Assembly (NCBI GenBank): GCA_030704615.1 | Contig: CM060734.1 | Coordinates: 30,566,001 to 30,630,000 of the forward strand | From: Takakia lepidozioides | Taxonomy: Eukaryota; Plantae; Bryophyta | DNA length: 64,000 bases | Direction of reading: 5' to 3' | In this document: in pieces, positions 1-11,300 of the stretch | How positions within the stretch are numbered: position 1 is the first letter of the stretch | How the letters are laid out: every line of letters starts with the position of its first letter | The notes under the pieces: model-generated | Database searches by the model: none | What the model was told of the DNA's origin: nothing | What the model saw: the letters and a program-made list of their open reading frames with translations, nothing else | Made by a program: the position numbers and the translations under genes

Positions 1-2150
1 CCATGTCTCCCTTTTGAAGCCTTACTTCAAAGATGAAGCGCGTCCGAATCGGCATCAAGTGTTGCGTCCGCCACCTATGCTGTTGGATCATGAAAATGAA
101 CCTGAGTACGAGGTGGAGGCAATACTTAAATCGAGGAGGTTCAGGAACCGAGAAACGGAGTATCTCGTCAAATGGAAGGGCTATCATCATGTGGAGGCAT
201 CTTGGGTGCGTGCCTCAGAAATGGGAAACGCATCCGAGGCGGTTGCAGCTTTCGAAGGGCGACCTCAAAAGCGGAAGAAGCGTTGATGGGGACATCAACC
301 TTGGAGCGTGGGGGAGGAAATGCATGCTTAGCCCGGCTTAGCTAGCTTAGGAATCCGATTACAAAAACTTGTATTGTACAAAAATTTGTTATAAAGGAAA
401 TGGGTTCCAAATGTTGTGCGTCCTATTTTTGTTTGGAATGGTGATGCATGGTATGGTTGGCTAGTGTGTAGAATGCATGCTAGCTTATAAAAGTGGGAGA
501 GGTAAATTGGGTTAATCGTGTGTTTTGCGTAGTGCCGAAATCGGGTGACCCCCATCCAAGGGGCAAGGAAACTTGCGCCTTCTTTGGGAGTTCACGTGCT
601 AGTGCGCACCTGGCGCGTGCGCGTACTATAACCGCGCTACCGAGGGGGTTTCCTTGTAGTGCGGGCTAACGCGGAAGCTACGTGCTTCGTTCACGTACTA
701 TAATCGTGTAGCCTCGGGACGAAGTCGTAGTGCGGCTTCGTGTGTTCCCGTACCTCAGGCCAGCATTCCAAGGCGGACCCATTGTAGTGATTGGGGCGCA
801 CGATTGGTTCAAGGTTATCTTCCTAGTCAAAGAGGGTTCCAGGTGAACCCTTGCTCAAGGTGATGCCAGAAGCGGCATCATGAGCGATCGCAAGCAATGT
901 TGTTGCAGTAAGGCGATTCGATCCTCAGGGAGGATCGTTCCTTGGCCCCAGTTTCTTTCCTTGTTCCCAGAACAGTCTGCGCTTGCATGAATGACGCTCT
1001 TTCATTTTCCTTTCACAGGACATGTCCCTTGAGGACATTGCGGATATGCCGTCCTGCAATCTGGCATAAAGCGTTCACGCCGCCTAGAAGCAGCAATCTG
1101 GCAAAGCAGGAAGAGATCTGTACATTGCTACAATAGATGATCTGGTACGAGCTCTAACCCAGCAAACAAGATATCGTGACTTCCTCAGGGGGCGATGTGG
1201 GGGCAAGGGACCAGGAGCTGGAGAGGCTCCACCCTTGGCCGGGACTTGGAGGAATTCGGCCGAACTAGCTAGTGGAGAGTAGAGTCAAGTGTGGGGTTTG
1301 GTTCTTTGTCATGGGACGCCATGGTACGGAAACAAACTCCTTGATGTGGGACGCCACAACTTGGATGTTCGTTTCTACAAAATGGACAAGTCGATGAGGA
1401 CATCGACTCCCTGTTGGTAAGGGTGTGTGTCGCGGCCCTTTGCCTTGAGGGCAGGGGGTCGGGACAAATGAGGGGCTGCCCCTGTGGTGGGGGCAGCGGC
1501 AGCGATAGGTATGGGGGGCTGAAGCACCCTTGAGTGCCCAAGGCACTCAAGGAGGCGGTGGCGCTCACTAGGTGGAGCCCCGCACACCGGGTTGCGGTGG
1601 GGGTGGCTCCACAAGGGGTGGTGGTAGCTTTAGCGGGACTTAGTGGGGGTGGCATAGGACTCACCATGGGGGCGGAGACCTCGTGGTGGGAGTCGTGGGG
1701 AGTCTTGGGACTCATCACGGTCCATAGGGGCCGTGGTGAGCGGGCCAAGACTCACCGCGACTCATCCCGGGAGTCGAGGGTTTTCGTGGTGGTTCGCCAT
1801 AAAATGGCATGGCTGGTTGTGAAACCCCGCGGACAGCTACAGAAGTATATATAGGGAGTAGTAACCCGAGAACGGTGCAAGCCCGTTGGTGACCAAAATC
1901 TAGTGAGTAAGCGAGCGAGCCGGAAAGCGACCAAAGAGTGGGGAGCTGTTCCGGACTGCCATCTACCAAAGGGAATTCCACTAGTCCCAAATAGGTGGAG
2001 GGTTTAGTGGGGAGCGAAGGGGGACCGTTATGTCCCGGTGAGCAGCCGAAGCTCCAAGTTGGCCCGACGGCCAGGTTGGGAGTCAGGCGCGTGCATCAAA
2101 GCGAGTAACTATGACATGAAGGGGAGCTTACCGAAGGGAGGTGCGCGACA
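1..2150 (+). mobile_element. 3' part of a Ty3/Gypsy chromovirus (family A): integrase C-terminus with chromodomain, about 1.1 kb 3' region, and 3' LTR
   Basis: ORF 14..286 has HVSLLKPY...PEYEVEAILKSR...EYLVKWKGY (integrase GPY/F tail plus chromodomain) and is near-identical to 62159..62590; an LTR follows at 1428-2150. Confidence 0.9.
1428..2150 (+). repeat. Family A LTR (3' LTR, about 723 bp, TGTCGCG...CGCGACA)
   Basis: TG...CA ends with short inverted termini; homologous to 5625-6350, 52995-53713 and 57622-58236. Orientation is fixed by the tRNA-Met PBS next to the 52995 and 57622 copies. Confidence 0.92.
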
Positions 2151-2262
2151 CTATGCCTCTCAAAATCCCGTCCTCTTGGGGGATTGTCCATCTCACCTCC
2201 TGGAAATCTTCTGCATCTTCTCCCCCACTTTCCTCAGCTGAATCCAAGACAAATCTACGAGC

Positions 2263-2496
2263 CTAACGGGCTCTAATAGCTGCTGCCTCCTCCCTCATCT
2301 TCATTTTTTTGAGGCTTGCCTCGTCTAAAATCTGTTGTACACGACTAGGTTCGGAACACCTCCTAATGGACATCGAAGCAAGCCGGGCAACATAAGTAGG
2401 AAGGATGTAGTCCCTTTCTGGACTAGGCATGAAATTCCCCCTGGCAAAAAAATGCACGTTCCTCCTGCCCACAATGCTGCGGTGTAGACGTCCTTC
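2263..2496 (-). pseudogene. Orphan last exon of a ParB/MTase-type accessory gene
   Basis: NVHFFARGNFMPSPERDYILPTYVARLASMSIRRCSEP aligns with 11547..11822 (NVPFFARADFMKSPVKDYSLPSYAAKLANTAIRRCENP) and about 51170-51240 (FQGYYMSPSPPRAYRLPVYA). A minus-strand ctgtag acceptor lies at 2497-2502. Confidence 0.7.
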
Positions 2497-2579
2497 CTAC
2501 AGTAAGAACAAATCCACTTGACGAATGTCAATACCAAGCAGAAGCAGAAAGAAACGGTCTTTAATGAAATAAAAAACGC

Positions 2580-2860
2580 CACGAAAAAAAAAAAAAAAAA
2601 AAAAAACCCATTTTTCTAGTTCGGGGCCGAAAATGGTGAAGTCCCAGATCTGACTGGGCCCAGAACTGGAAAACTGGCGCCGAATTTCCGATTTTGGTGC
2701 CAGTCAGATTTGGGACAGCCGTTTTCGGCCCCGAACTGAAAAAATGGCGGTTTTTTTTTTTTTTTTTTTTTTCTTCGGCGCCATTTTTCCAATTAGGGGC
2801 CAAAAATGGCTAAGTCCCAGATCTGACTGGCACCAAATCGGAAATTCGGCGCCAATTTTC
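2580..2860. repeat. Imperfect inverted repeat (about 190 bp) bounded by an A-run and a T-run, plus a partial third arm
   Basis: A-run ...agttcggggccgaaaatgg...gtcccagatctgactgg pairs with ccagtcagatttgggac...ccgttttcggccccgaact... T-run; the arm recurs at about 2790-2860. Confidence 0.85.
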
Positions 2861-2869
2861 TAGTCAGCA

Positions 2870-3860
2870 AGGTAATTCGAAAGAGCGGATGGATGGAAAT
2901 CCGGCGCCGGTTTCCATCCGCCAGGTAAGTCGGCGCGCAAAATTTCCGTCATGCAGGTAATTCGAAGAGCGGATGGATGGAAATCCGACGCATGATTTCC
3001 ATCTGCCAGGTACAAATTTCCGTCATGCAGGTAATTCGGAGCGCGGATGGATGGAAATCCCCAGCGACGGATTTCCATCCTCCAGGTAAGTCGGCGCGCA
3101 AAATTTCCGTCGTGCAGGTAATTCGAAGAGCGGATGGATGGAAATCCGGTGCCGGATTTCTATCCGCCAGGTAAGTCGGCGCGCAAAATTTCCGTCATGC
3201 AGGTAATTCGAAGTGCGGATGGATGGAAATCCGGCGCCGCATTTCTATCCGCCAGGTAGGTCGGCGCGCAAAATCCATCATGCAGGTAATTCGGAGCGCG
3301 GATGGATGGAAATCCGGCGCCGGATTTCCATCCTCCAGGTAAGTCGGCGCTGCAAATTCGGTAGGGCGGGGCGCCAAATTCCCTCACGCAGGTAATTCGG
3401 AAGCGGATGGATGGAAATCCGACGCCGGATTTCCATCCGCGCAGGTAGGGCGGCGCGCCAAATTTCCCTCACGCAGGTAATTCCGAAGCGGATGGATGGA
3501 AATCCGGCGACGGATTTCCATCCGCGCAGGTAGGGCGGCGCGCGAAATTTCCCTCAAGCAAGTAATTCGAGGCGGATGGATGGAAATCCGAGGCCGGATT
3601 TCCATCCGCAAGGTTGGTCGGATAGCGGATGGATGGAGATCCGTCGCGAATTTCCATCCTGCAGGTAATTCGAATCCCGGATGGATGGAAATCCGGCGCC
3701 GAATTTCAATCCTACAGGTAATTCGAATCCCGGATGGATGGAAATCCGGCGCCGAATTTCCATCCAGCAGGTAAGTCGGATTGTTGGCGTATGGATATTC
3801 GGCGCCGAATTTCCATTCGCCAGGTATTTCGAAGCGCTGAATTACCTTCCTGCAGGTAAT
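2870..3860. repeat. Tandem array of the 28-bp palindrome GATGGAAATCCGGCGCCGGATTTCCATC (about 13 units)
   Basis: Unit starts at about 2892, 2976, 3050, 3137, 3222, 3305, 3410, 3495, 3579, 3632, 3684, 3737, 3790; linkers contain GCAGGTAATTCG. Confidence 0.92.
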
Positions 3861-3989
3861 TCTGAGCGTGTCCGATTGATTTTTTCGGAGAAAAACAAAC
3901 CTAACTGTTGTTTTGTGGCTGAATGAAGTGCACTTGTAGACACGTTTTTCTTGGAATCCTTGACTGCTAGAGGCAAATCAGAACAGCCT

Positions 3990-5000
3990 CGGACGGAAAT
4001 TCGGCGCCGTTTTTCATTCTGGGAGGTTTTTACGACTTCCTTTGAGGGGGCCCCGATGGAAATTCGGCGCCGAATTCCATCCGGGGGATGGTCTCTGTCG
4101 GAGAGGTGCCGGCCTCTCCGCGCTCTGTTGGATATTCGGTGCCGAATTTCCGTCCGAGGGTTGAAATATGACGGCCAGGGGTGCCGGCCCTCTCCCCCTC
4201 CCTGATTGCATTGGAACGGCCCCGGATGGAAATTCGGCGCCGTTTTTCCATCTGGGGAGGTTTTATGTCAGCCAGTTTCGGCCTGCCCCCGACACGACTT
4301 CCTTTGGGGGGATGGAAATTCGGCGCCGAATCTCCATATAGGGGCTGCTCTCTGTCGAACACGTGCCGGCCTCACGCCCGAGGCGACTTCATCCGGGCGT
4401 CCCTGTTGGATATTCGGTGCGAATTTCCGTCCGGGGGTTGAAATGTGACGGCCAGGTGCCGGCCTCTCCCCCCTCCCCGATTGCATCCGAACCGCCCCGG
4501 ATGGAAATTCGGCGCCGTTTTTCCATCTGGGGATGTTTTATGCCGGCCAGTTTTCGGCCTGACCCCGACACGACTTCCTTGGGGGGGCCCGGATGGAAAT
4601 TCGGCGCCGAATGTCCATCCAGGGGATGTGCTCTGTCGCACACGCGCCGCCTCTGCGCCCGAGGCGACTTCATTCGGGCTCCCCTGTTGTATATTCGGTG
4701 CCGAATTACGTCGGGGGTTGTAATGTGAGGGCCAGATTGCGGCCTTTCCCCCGAGCCGGATGCATGGAAATTCGGCACCGTTTTTCCATCCGCGGAGGTT
4801 TTAGGTCAGCCAGTTTTCGGCCTGACCCCCCGACAGGACTTCCTTTGGGTGGATCCGAATGGAAATTCGGCGCTGAATTTCCATCCGGGGGATGTTTTCT
4901 GTCGGACAGTGCCGGCATCTCTGCCCCAGACGACTTCATCCGTGCGGCGCCCTGTTGGTATTGGGTGCCGAATTTCCATTCGGGGGTAGTAATGTGACGG
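3990..5000. repeat. Higher-order tandem repeat (about 3 palindromes per unit) built on GGAAATTCGGCGCCGAATTTCC
   Basis: Palindrome starts at about 3995, 4068, 4130, 4228, 4314, 4408, 4503, 4595, 4689, 4766, 4861, 4957; linker sequences recur every third palindrome. Confidence 0.85.
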
Positions 5001-5281
5001 CACGGGTGCGGCTTCTCCCCTTCAGCCGACATCATCCGGACGGCCCCCCACTTTTTGACTGCATACCGTTGGCAGTTATTGCGCAAAAACCAGGGGCCGC
5101 ATTCCAGAGACAAGGTTCATTAACACTCTGACTCTGGATTTTTGAGATAGTTGGCTCCCTGGATTTGGATCAGGCTTCGTCGTTCGAACAAATCGGCACC
5201 GCATTCCTTCCCATCGCTATCCCCCTTCTACCAGGGAGCTTCCCCGCACGCCATCCTGGCAGTCTTGTGTGCACATCTCCC

Positions 5282-6975
5282 ATGGCGGAAAACCCGAGCG
5301 CTACAGTGTACTGCCCTCCTCACGAGCATAGAGCTTCATTTCCGTGCAGAGGGGACATCTGCCGGGTGATGGAGAAATATCTGTGCGTTCGATACCACCT
5401 GAAACCGGGGTCGGTTTTTTTGGAGGAGGAAAGGAAGGACTCAAACGGCCTTGTTGTCGAGAGTATTGTTGTGCTCCACGATGATTTCGGCGATGGCAGG
5501 GAATGACGAGTTCCACCATCGGACAACGTCATATACAGGGCTGTTGGGGACTTCATTTGCCCGCCAAATGCACCTTCTATCCTGGCGCCTTCCACGAAAC
5601 AATCTGCGAATCAGAGAGTGGCTATGTCGCGCACCTCACTTCGGTAAGCTCCCCTTCAAGTCATAGTTACTCGCTTTGATGCGCGCGCCTGACTCCCAAC
5701 CTGGCCGCCCGGGCCAACTTGGAGCTTCGGCTGCTCACCGGGACATAACGGTCCCCCCTTCGCTTCCTACTAAACCCTCCACCTAATTGGGACTAGGAGA
5801 ATTCCCTTTGGTAGATGGCAGTCCGGAACAGCTCCCCACTCTTTGGTCGCTTTCCGGCTCGCTCGCTTACTCACTAGTTTTTGGTCACCAACGGGCTTGC
5901 ACCGTTCTCGGGGTTACTACTCCCTATATATACTTCTGTAGCTGTCCGCGGGGTTTTCACAACCAGCCATGCCATTTTATGGCGAACCACCACGAAGACC
6001 CTCGATTCCCGGTGGTGAGTCGCGGTGAGTCTTGGCCCACTCACCGCGGCCCCAATGGACCGTGATGAGTCCCAAGACTCCCCACGACTCCCACCTCGAG
6101 GTCTCCACCCCATGGTGAGTCCTATGCCACCCCCACTAAGTCCCGCTAAGCTACCACCACCCCTTGTGGAGCCACCCCCACCGCAACCCGGTGTGCGGGG
6201 CTCCACCTAGTGAGCGCCTCCGCCTCCTTGAGTGCCTTGGGCACTCAAGGGTGCTTCAGCCCTCGTACCTATCGCTGCTACTGCCCCCACCACAGGGGCA
6301 GCCCCTCTTGTGTCCCGACCTCCCTGCCCTCAAGGCAAAGGGCCGCGACAGGCTACCTCAAAGAGAGAAGTCCGCAACGAAGTAAATCCAGAGCCGAACC
6401 CATCCATGAAGACGAGCGAGAACCGGGTTGTTCACAACCTGTCCGACTCAGACGAGGTCATGGAAGTTCCGAGGTCGTCCTGGAGATCAGGCAAGTTCGC
6501 AAGTTCGCAATTAAATCGGTTACATGCCTTCCCGCCGACGTCGACGGTAATATCTTCTTTGAGTTCCTTCCTCGGGCGGACTACTCGAGGGCGTTCGGAA
6601 TGTTGACACATATGGATAGAAAACATGACGGTCATCCTTGGTGCGTTACCAAAACCACCAGCATGAAGATGCTCGATGGTGTGCGGGTGCGCTACGTTGT
6701 TTGTGCGGGCGCGTTGCGGTGTTTCTCCCCAACTTGCTTCCACTTTAAATCCAGAGGTCACAGGAACGAGACCGATTGGACAGGCACAGCTCATCAACCA
6801 TTTCGAGCTCAGGAGAAGGTTCCGAACTCCACATTTAAGTGTGCGCATTGCAAAGAACCACCACACTGCATGTCTGTTTGTAATGCCAAGCAGTTCTATG
6901 TGTTGCACCGTTTCCCTGACCTCACCCGAGCTTGCATACACGTTGGTTCCCATTGTCACAAATTGGCGAGGGGGA
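5282..6975 (+). pseudogene. GCM-type (WRKY/GCM1 fold) zinc-finger protein, probably the N-terminus of a Mutator-like transposase; split by a solo LTR and 3'-truncated
   Basis: N-terminal VMEKYLCVRYHLKPGSVFLEEERKDSNG matches VVREHVLATQFRLKNGTLFLEREVYNANG of ORF 44269..45156. After the LTR: MDRKHDGHPWCVTKT...CAGALRC...C...CAHC...C.A...RACIHVGSHCH, a GCM-like Cys/His pattern. In-frame stop at about 5504. Confidence 0.7.
5625..6350 (-). mobile_element. Solo LTR of Gypsy family A with 5-bp TSD GGCTA
   Basis: Reverse complement of 1428-2150; GGCTA at 5620-5624 and 6351-6355. Confidence 0.95.
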
Positions 6976-7388
6976 ACAAAAATGGCGCCGAATTACCTGT
7001 CATGAGGGGACCTATAGCCACGGAATTCGACACCATTTTTCGCCAGAGAGACCTATTACCGCGAAATTCAGCGCCATATTTGCACATGTCGCTGGGAATT
7101 GGCATGAGCGGAAGACGAAATATCATGAGCACAACTGTCAAAACTACAATTTTCCCTTCAAGGGGCCGAATAATATATTTGTTTTTCCTTACACATTGCA
7201 TTAAATTAATTTTTTTATTGTTTTTTATTTTCGAAATTTGTACTTCTGCTCATGAAAACCGATTGTCTTACTACTCCGCTCATGCCGCTCATGCTCATGA
7301 AATAGCTAACCTCCAAACAAGTTGTGCTCATTAAGACAGGCCGCGATTGTGTTGTTTCGGAACAATGCAACCCATTGCACATGGCTGA

Positions 7389-8356
7389 ACGGGAATGCGG
7401 TCCCGCATCCCAGTTCCACATCATCCTCTCGTTGATTGTGATCGGAAATGCGGCACCGCATTTCCGTCAACAGGGAAACCAAAATACTGGTGCAACGGAA
7501 ATACGGTACCACATTTCAGTCCACTGTAACAGCAGGCGCATGGTGGAACGGAAATGCGGTATCGCATTTAGGTCGCATGGGACTAATAACATACGGTAGA
7601 AAATAATAGCGACAACGCATTTTCATCGACTGGGACACTTTGGATAGGCAGGATCGGAAATGCAGTGCCGCATTTCCGTCCGGTCTCTTTCAATGGAATC
7701 CAGTGGACGGAAATAAGGTTCCGCATTTCCGTCCGGTGTGCTACTTTCGATTGTTGTTGGTCGGAAATACGGCACCGCATTTCCGTCCGAGGTGAACCTT
7801 TCTATTTTCAAGAACGGAAATGCGGCTACTCATTTCCTTCCAACATGCAACGCCTGTAACAGTGGAACGGTAATGCGGCACCGCATTTCCGTCCAGGGGA
7901 ATCCTTTCTACTTTCCAGAATGGAAATGCGGCACCGTATTTCCGTCCGTGGAATCCTTTCTACTTTGCTGAACGGAAATGGGCCGTCCCACACCTCCATG
8001 CCTGAGATACAAAACGGATATGCGGCGCCGCATTTCAGTTGCAGTGGTTCATGATTTTCAATCACAACGGAAATGCGGTACCGCATTTCCGTTCCACTGT
8101 CACATACCTTACTTGTTGGACGGAAATGCGGCACCGCATTTCCGTTCTGGAGAGTATAAAGGTTTCCCCCAGAGGAAAATGCGGTGCCGCATTTCTTTCG
8201 CACTACTGCATGCCTGACATGCAAAACGGAAATGCGGCGCCGCATTTCCATTCTGGAATGTCGGACGGTACGACTCGGACGGAAATGCGGTCCCGCATTT
8301 CAGTTGCACTGTCTCATGATTTATAATCAGAACGGAAATTTGGTGGCGCATGTTGT
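7389..8356. repeat. Regularly interspaced palindrome array: about 19 copies of (A)CGGAAATGCGGYRCCGCATTTCCG(T), 53-bp period, divergent 27-29 bp spacers
   Basis: Starts at about 7390, 7443, 7496, 7549, (7602 degenerate), 7655, 7708, 7762, 7815, 7868, 7921, 7973, 8015, 8068, 8121, 8174, 8227, 8280, 8333. Confidence 0.92.
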
Positions 8357-8381
8357 ATCACCGAAGTCCCTGCCCCAGGGT

Positions 8382-11300
8382 ATGGACGGATTTACACAGT
8401 GCTGTCTATTGGCTCAGTTCTTCATGGCATCCATGGCACATATGTTGTACATGGTGAGGAAAACTGGTCTCACTGACCCGCACATGTTCGCCGAAATGCT
8501 AGAGCCCGAGCTCATTCAAAAAGCCCTGGCAAAAACAGACCGGACATGGTATCGCCTCACTATGGATGGAATGCATGTTCGCCGAAATGCGAGCTCATTC
8601 AAAAAAGCCCTGGCAAAAACAGACCGGACATGGTATCGCCTCACTATGGATGGAATGGTGGAGGTGATATACGAAGTAAGTCGTCCTCCCATTTTCCTCT
8701 GCTCATCCTTCCCCAATTTCTAGTCATCTTTCCATATGGATCCTATGTAATGCTTCTGCATGTTTTTCTTGGCAGTCAAACATCAAGCTGGATTTGGCCC
8801 ATGCCAAACGCTTCTTCATGGAAAGTGAGGGGCAGACAAAAACACTGCAGTCATTGACCGAGCACTTGAAGGAATCTGGGGTGAAGTCCAGAACCAAATA
8901 CAAGTCAAAGCTTGTGAAGCTGGTGGCCATTGCAGATCCGGCACTTGGAAAGGACTTCATCCCCGAGATTGAAAAACACTATTTCTCGGGCCATGCAGCC
9001 GACCATGCAGTTGGAGAAACTGCATCACCTCTCAACGGCATGTATGGCGGCGAAAGAGAAGGTGAGGTTTCAATGCACTGAAGTTCCTTCCTAGCAATAG
9101 CCACTCTTCTTCCTGCTCCTGACATTGGATCAGAAATGGCAGGCATTGTTGCTGTCGATCTGGAATGCATCGGAGAGTATAAGGACCATGTGGTCTTTTC
9201 CACTCGAAGTTTCCGACCCTGCAGTGGATTTGTGGCTCAACCGCATGACTTGGTGGTTCCAGGTAATTCAAGGTACTTTCTTCGATTTGCTTTGCTGGAA
9301 TGAATTCCGTGAACTGCTACGTGACAAATGCATGTTGGAAACGCAGGTAATGACAAATGCGAAGGAGCAAGTCGTAATGCATACAAATTCGTTTGGCTTG
9401 TACGTCAAATGGGATGGATTAACACAGACATTGGAAGACTACGTGACACGTTTCAGATGTGCATACAAGGCAAACCCTTCGCCAGGGAGCTGCAGACAGC
9501 AAGAAGGAGCGTGGAGTTTACACACCAGGAGGGGGCGGGAAAAGCTGCAATGCGATTTGTGTACAGGTGAAAGCGAGCTCTCGTTGTATGCAAAAGCTGG
9601 GTTATGAGGTTTGCCTGGGAAATGTGGCACCGCATTCACACTTTATCGTTTCGGTTGCACTCTACGAGTACATTCTCATAACTTGTGCTCACGCATGTTG
9701 ACTGTCTTGCAGGTATATGAAATACGCAAGAGCCCCCGTTTTTCATGGCTTGGACCGTGCCGGGACCAAGCTGTGTCCCTACCTTACCAGAGATGCAGAA
9801 ACAAAGGCATGCCGCGCATCTCGTTGGATGCCCGTGGTACCTAGACATGTCTGGCGGACTTGTTGACAAATCGGAGAAAGATCTGCACGGGAAAACGGAT
9901 GAGAAGAGAAAGGAAAGACGTGTCCCCTGCTGGGCCTGAGTCGGCCAAAGGACGCTGCTATTGCTCTGGAACAATCCAGAAAGGCAGCTGAGATGACACA
10001 GAAGACGGTGGATGCAGCTGTGCAGGCTCAACAGAAGGGGTCGAAGAAGAGGACTCGCCAGCAAGGAGCAGCAGTTGTGACACCCAAGAAGACAAAGAAG
10101 CAGAAACAGAAAGAGCAGGAAGGGGTGACGAAGAGGACTCCGATGGAGACTTTGCAAAACCAGCCCCCCCCCTGAAATGCAGCCGAAATCCCTTGTGCCC
10201 ACCGTTGTCACGAGAGGGACGAGAACAGGCTCAGCCAAGAAGCCACTCTTCAACCCCCCGGGGGGGCACCCTTTCGAAGCCGGTGGAAATGAAGAGGCCG
10301 AAAGTGGAGCCAGAATCAGTAGTTCAGTGTGTCAATGAGAGTTTCTTGGCGGCTTTGGACGGACGGGCAGCCAAGTTGGCATACATCAAGACCATGGAGG
10401 GTCTAAAGGGCAGAGCACTGAAGAAGGCGGCTGAAGCAGAGCCTTCCGACACCTCTGGGTTTCTGAAGATGGTCTCTTTCTTTGAGAAGGTGTGTGCAGG
10501 GAATGATTGCAGGAGGGGCGGAAAGCCACCGAGTGGTTCTTGCGATATGATCATCTTGGTATTCCGGACGGAGAGCCTGTGGAAGGACTGCAAGGTTTGC
10601 CATCTTGGAACAGGTACTCGAGGACTTTGGAAGAAAGGATTCGGCTCGCCCGCTTGGTGTTGGACGACAGAGGGTGTGTGGTTGTCCTGGTGAGCAGAGG
10701 CAAAAAAACGGAGACAAGACTTGCGGAAGTGGACCGCAAGAGCGCTGTCCAATTCTGAAGAAGAAGTGGACGTGCATCAACACATTGGGCCTTCGTCGGA
10801 AGGGAAGAAGGTAATTAGGACATTAGCAATCGTCCTTTCATTTTGTAACATGTTTGAAATGCGGTGCCGCATTCGATTTCTAATCGTTCCCCACTGTGTA
10901 TGCAGACGAAGCAATTCGATGCATACTACTTATGAAGGAGAACTCGACCTTTGCTTTCCGGAAGGAGGGATCGTTGGTTGACCCGAACTGCAACCCCATC
11001 GATTACGACGTCTTGTTCAACAACGTTCTCACGGAACTCCTCCCCCATAGTCTCACTTCAACGGATCCCCTGCGGTAATTCACGGACTCGGAGCCCTGCC
11101 TTCATCCAAGACAATTACGGAGGCATGCACTGACCTAGAGGGCAGAGTGTTGGACCTCATCTGTGGAACAGGTATGCAGATTCTTGTACTATGCTGTTCT
11201 GTGAATTCTCATTCTGTTCAAATTCGCCATGTGTGAAGGGCCATTTTTTTCAATGAGTGGATGGCATTGTAACAGGTGCCTCAATGTGTGCTGGGCAATT

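Noticed and set aside
1428-2150. Solo LTR
   Set aside because: Flanks differ (GTGTG versus CTATG) and internal Gypsy sequence precedes it, so it is a 3' LTR.
1265-2241. ORFs within LTR copies (also 5787-6385, 53212-53760, 57925-58207)
   Set aside because: They are GC-rich LTR sequence with no recognisable domain, and frames are not conserved between copies.
2860-5131. Many 60-135 aa ORFs with MEIRRRISI / WKFGAEFP repeats
   Set aside because: They are translations of the palindromic DNA repeat in all six frames, with no independent coding signal.
6210-7334. Intact 374-aa gene
   Set aside because: Chimeric ORF: it starts inside the solo LTR and runs into non-coding AT-rich DNA after about 6975; only the middle is GCM coding sequence.
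7389-8356. True CRISPR array
   Set aside because: Eukaryotic spliced context, no cas genes in the window, repeats more degenerate than typical CRISPR, some spacers are paralogous, and the same palindrome occurs singly in introns. Kept as a repeat and a finding.
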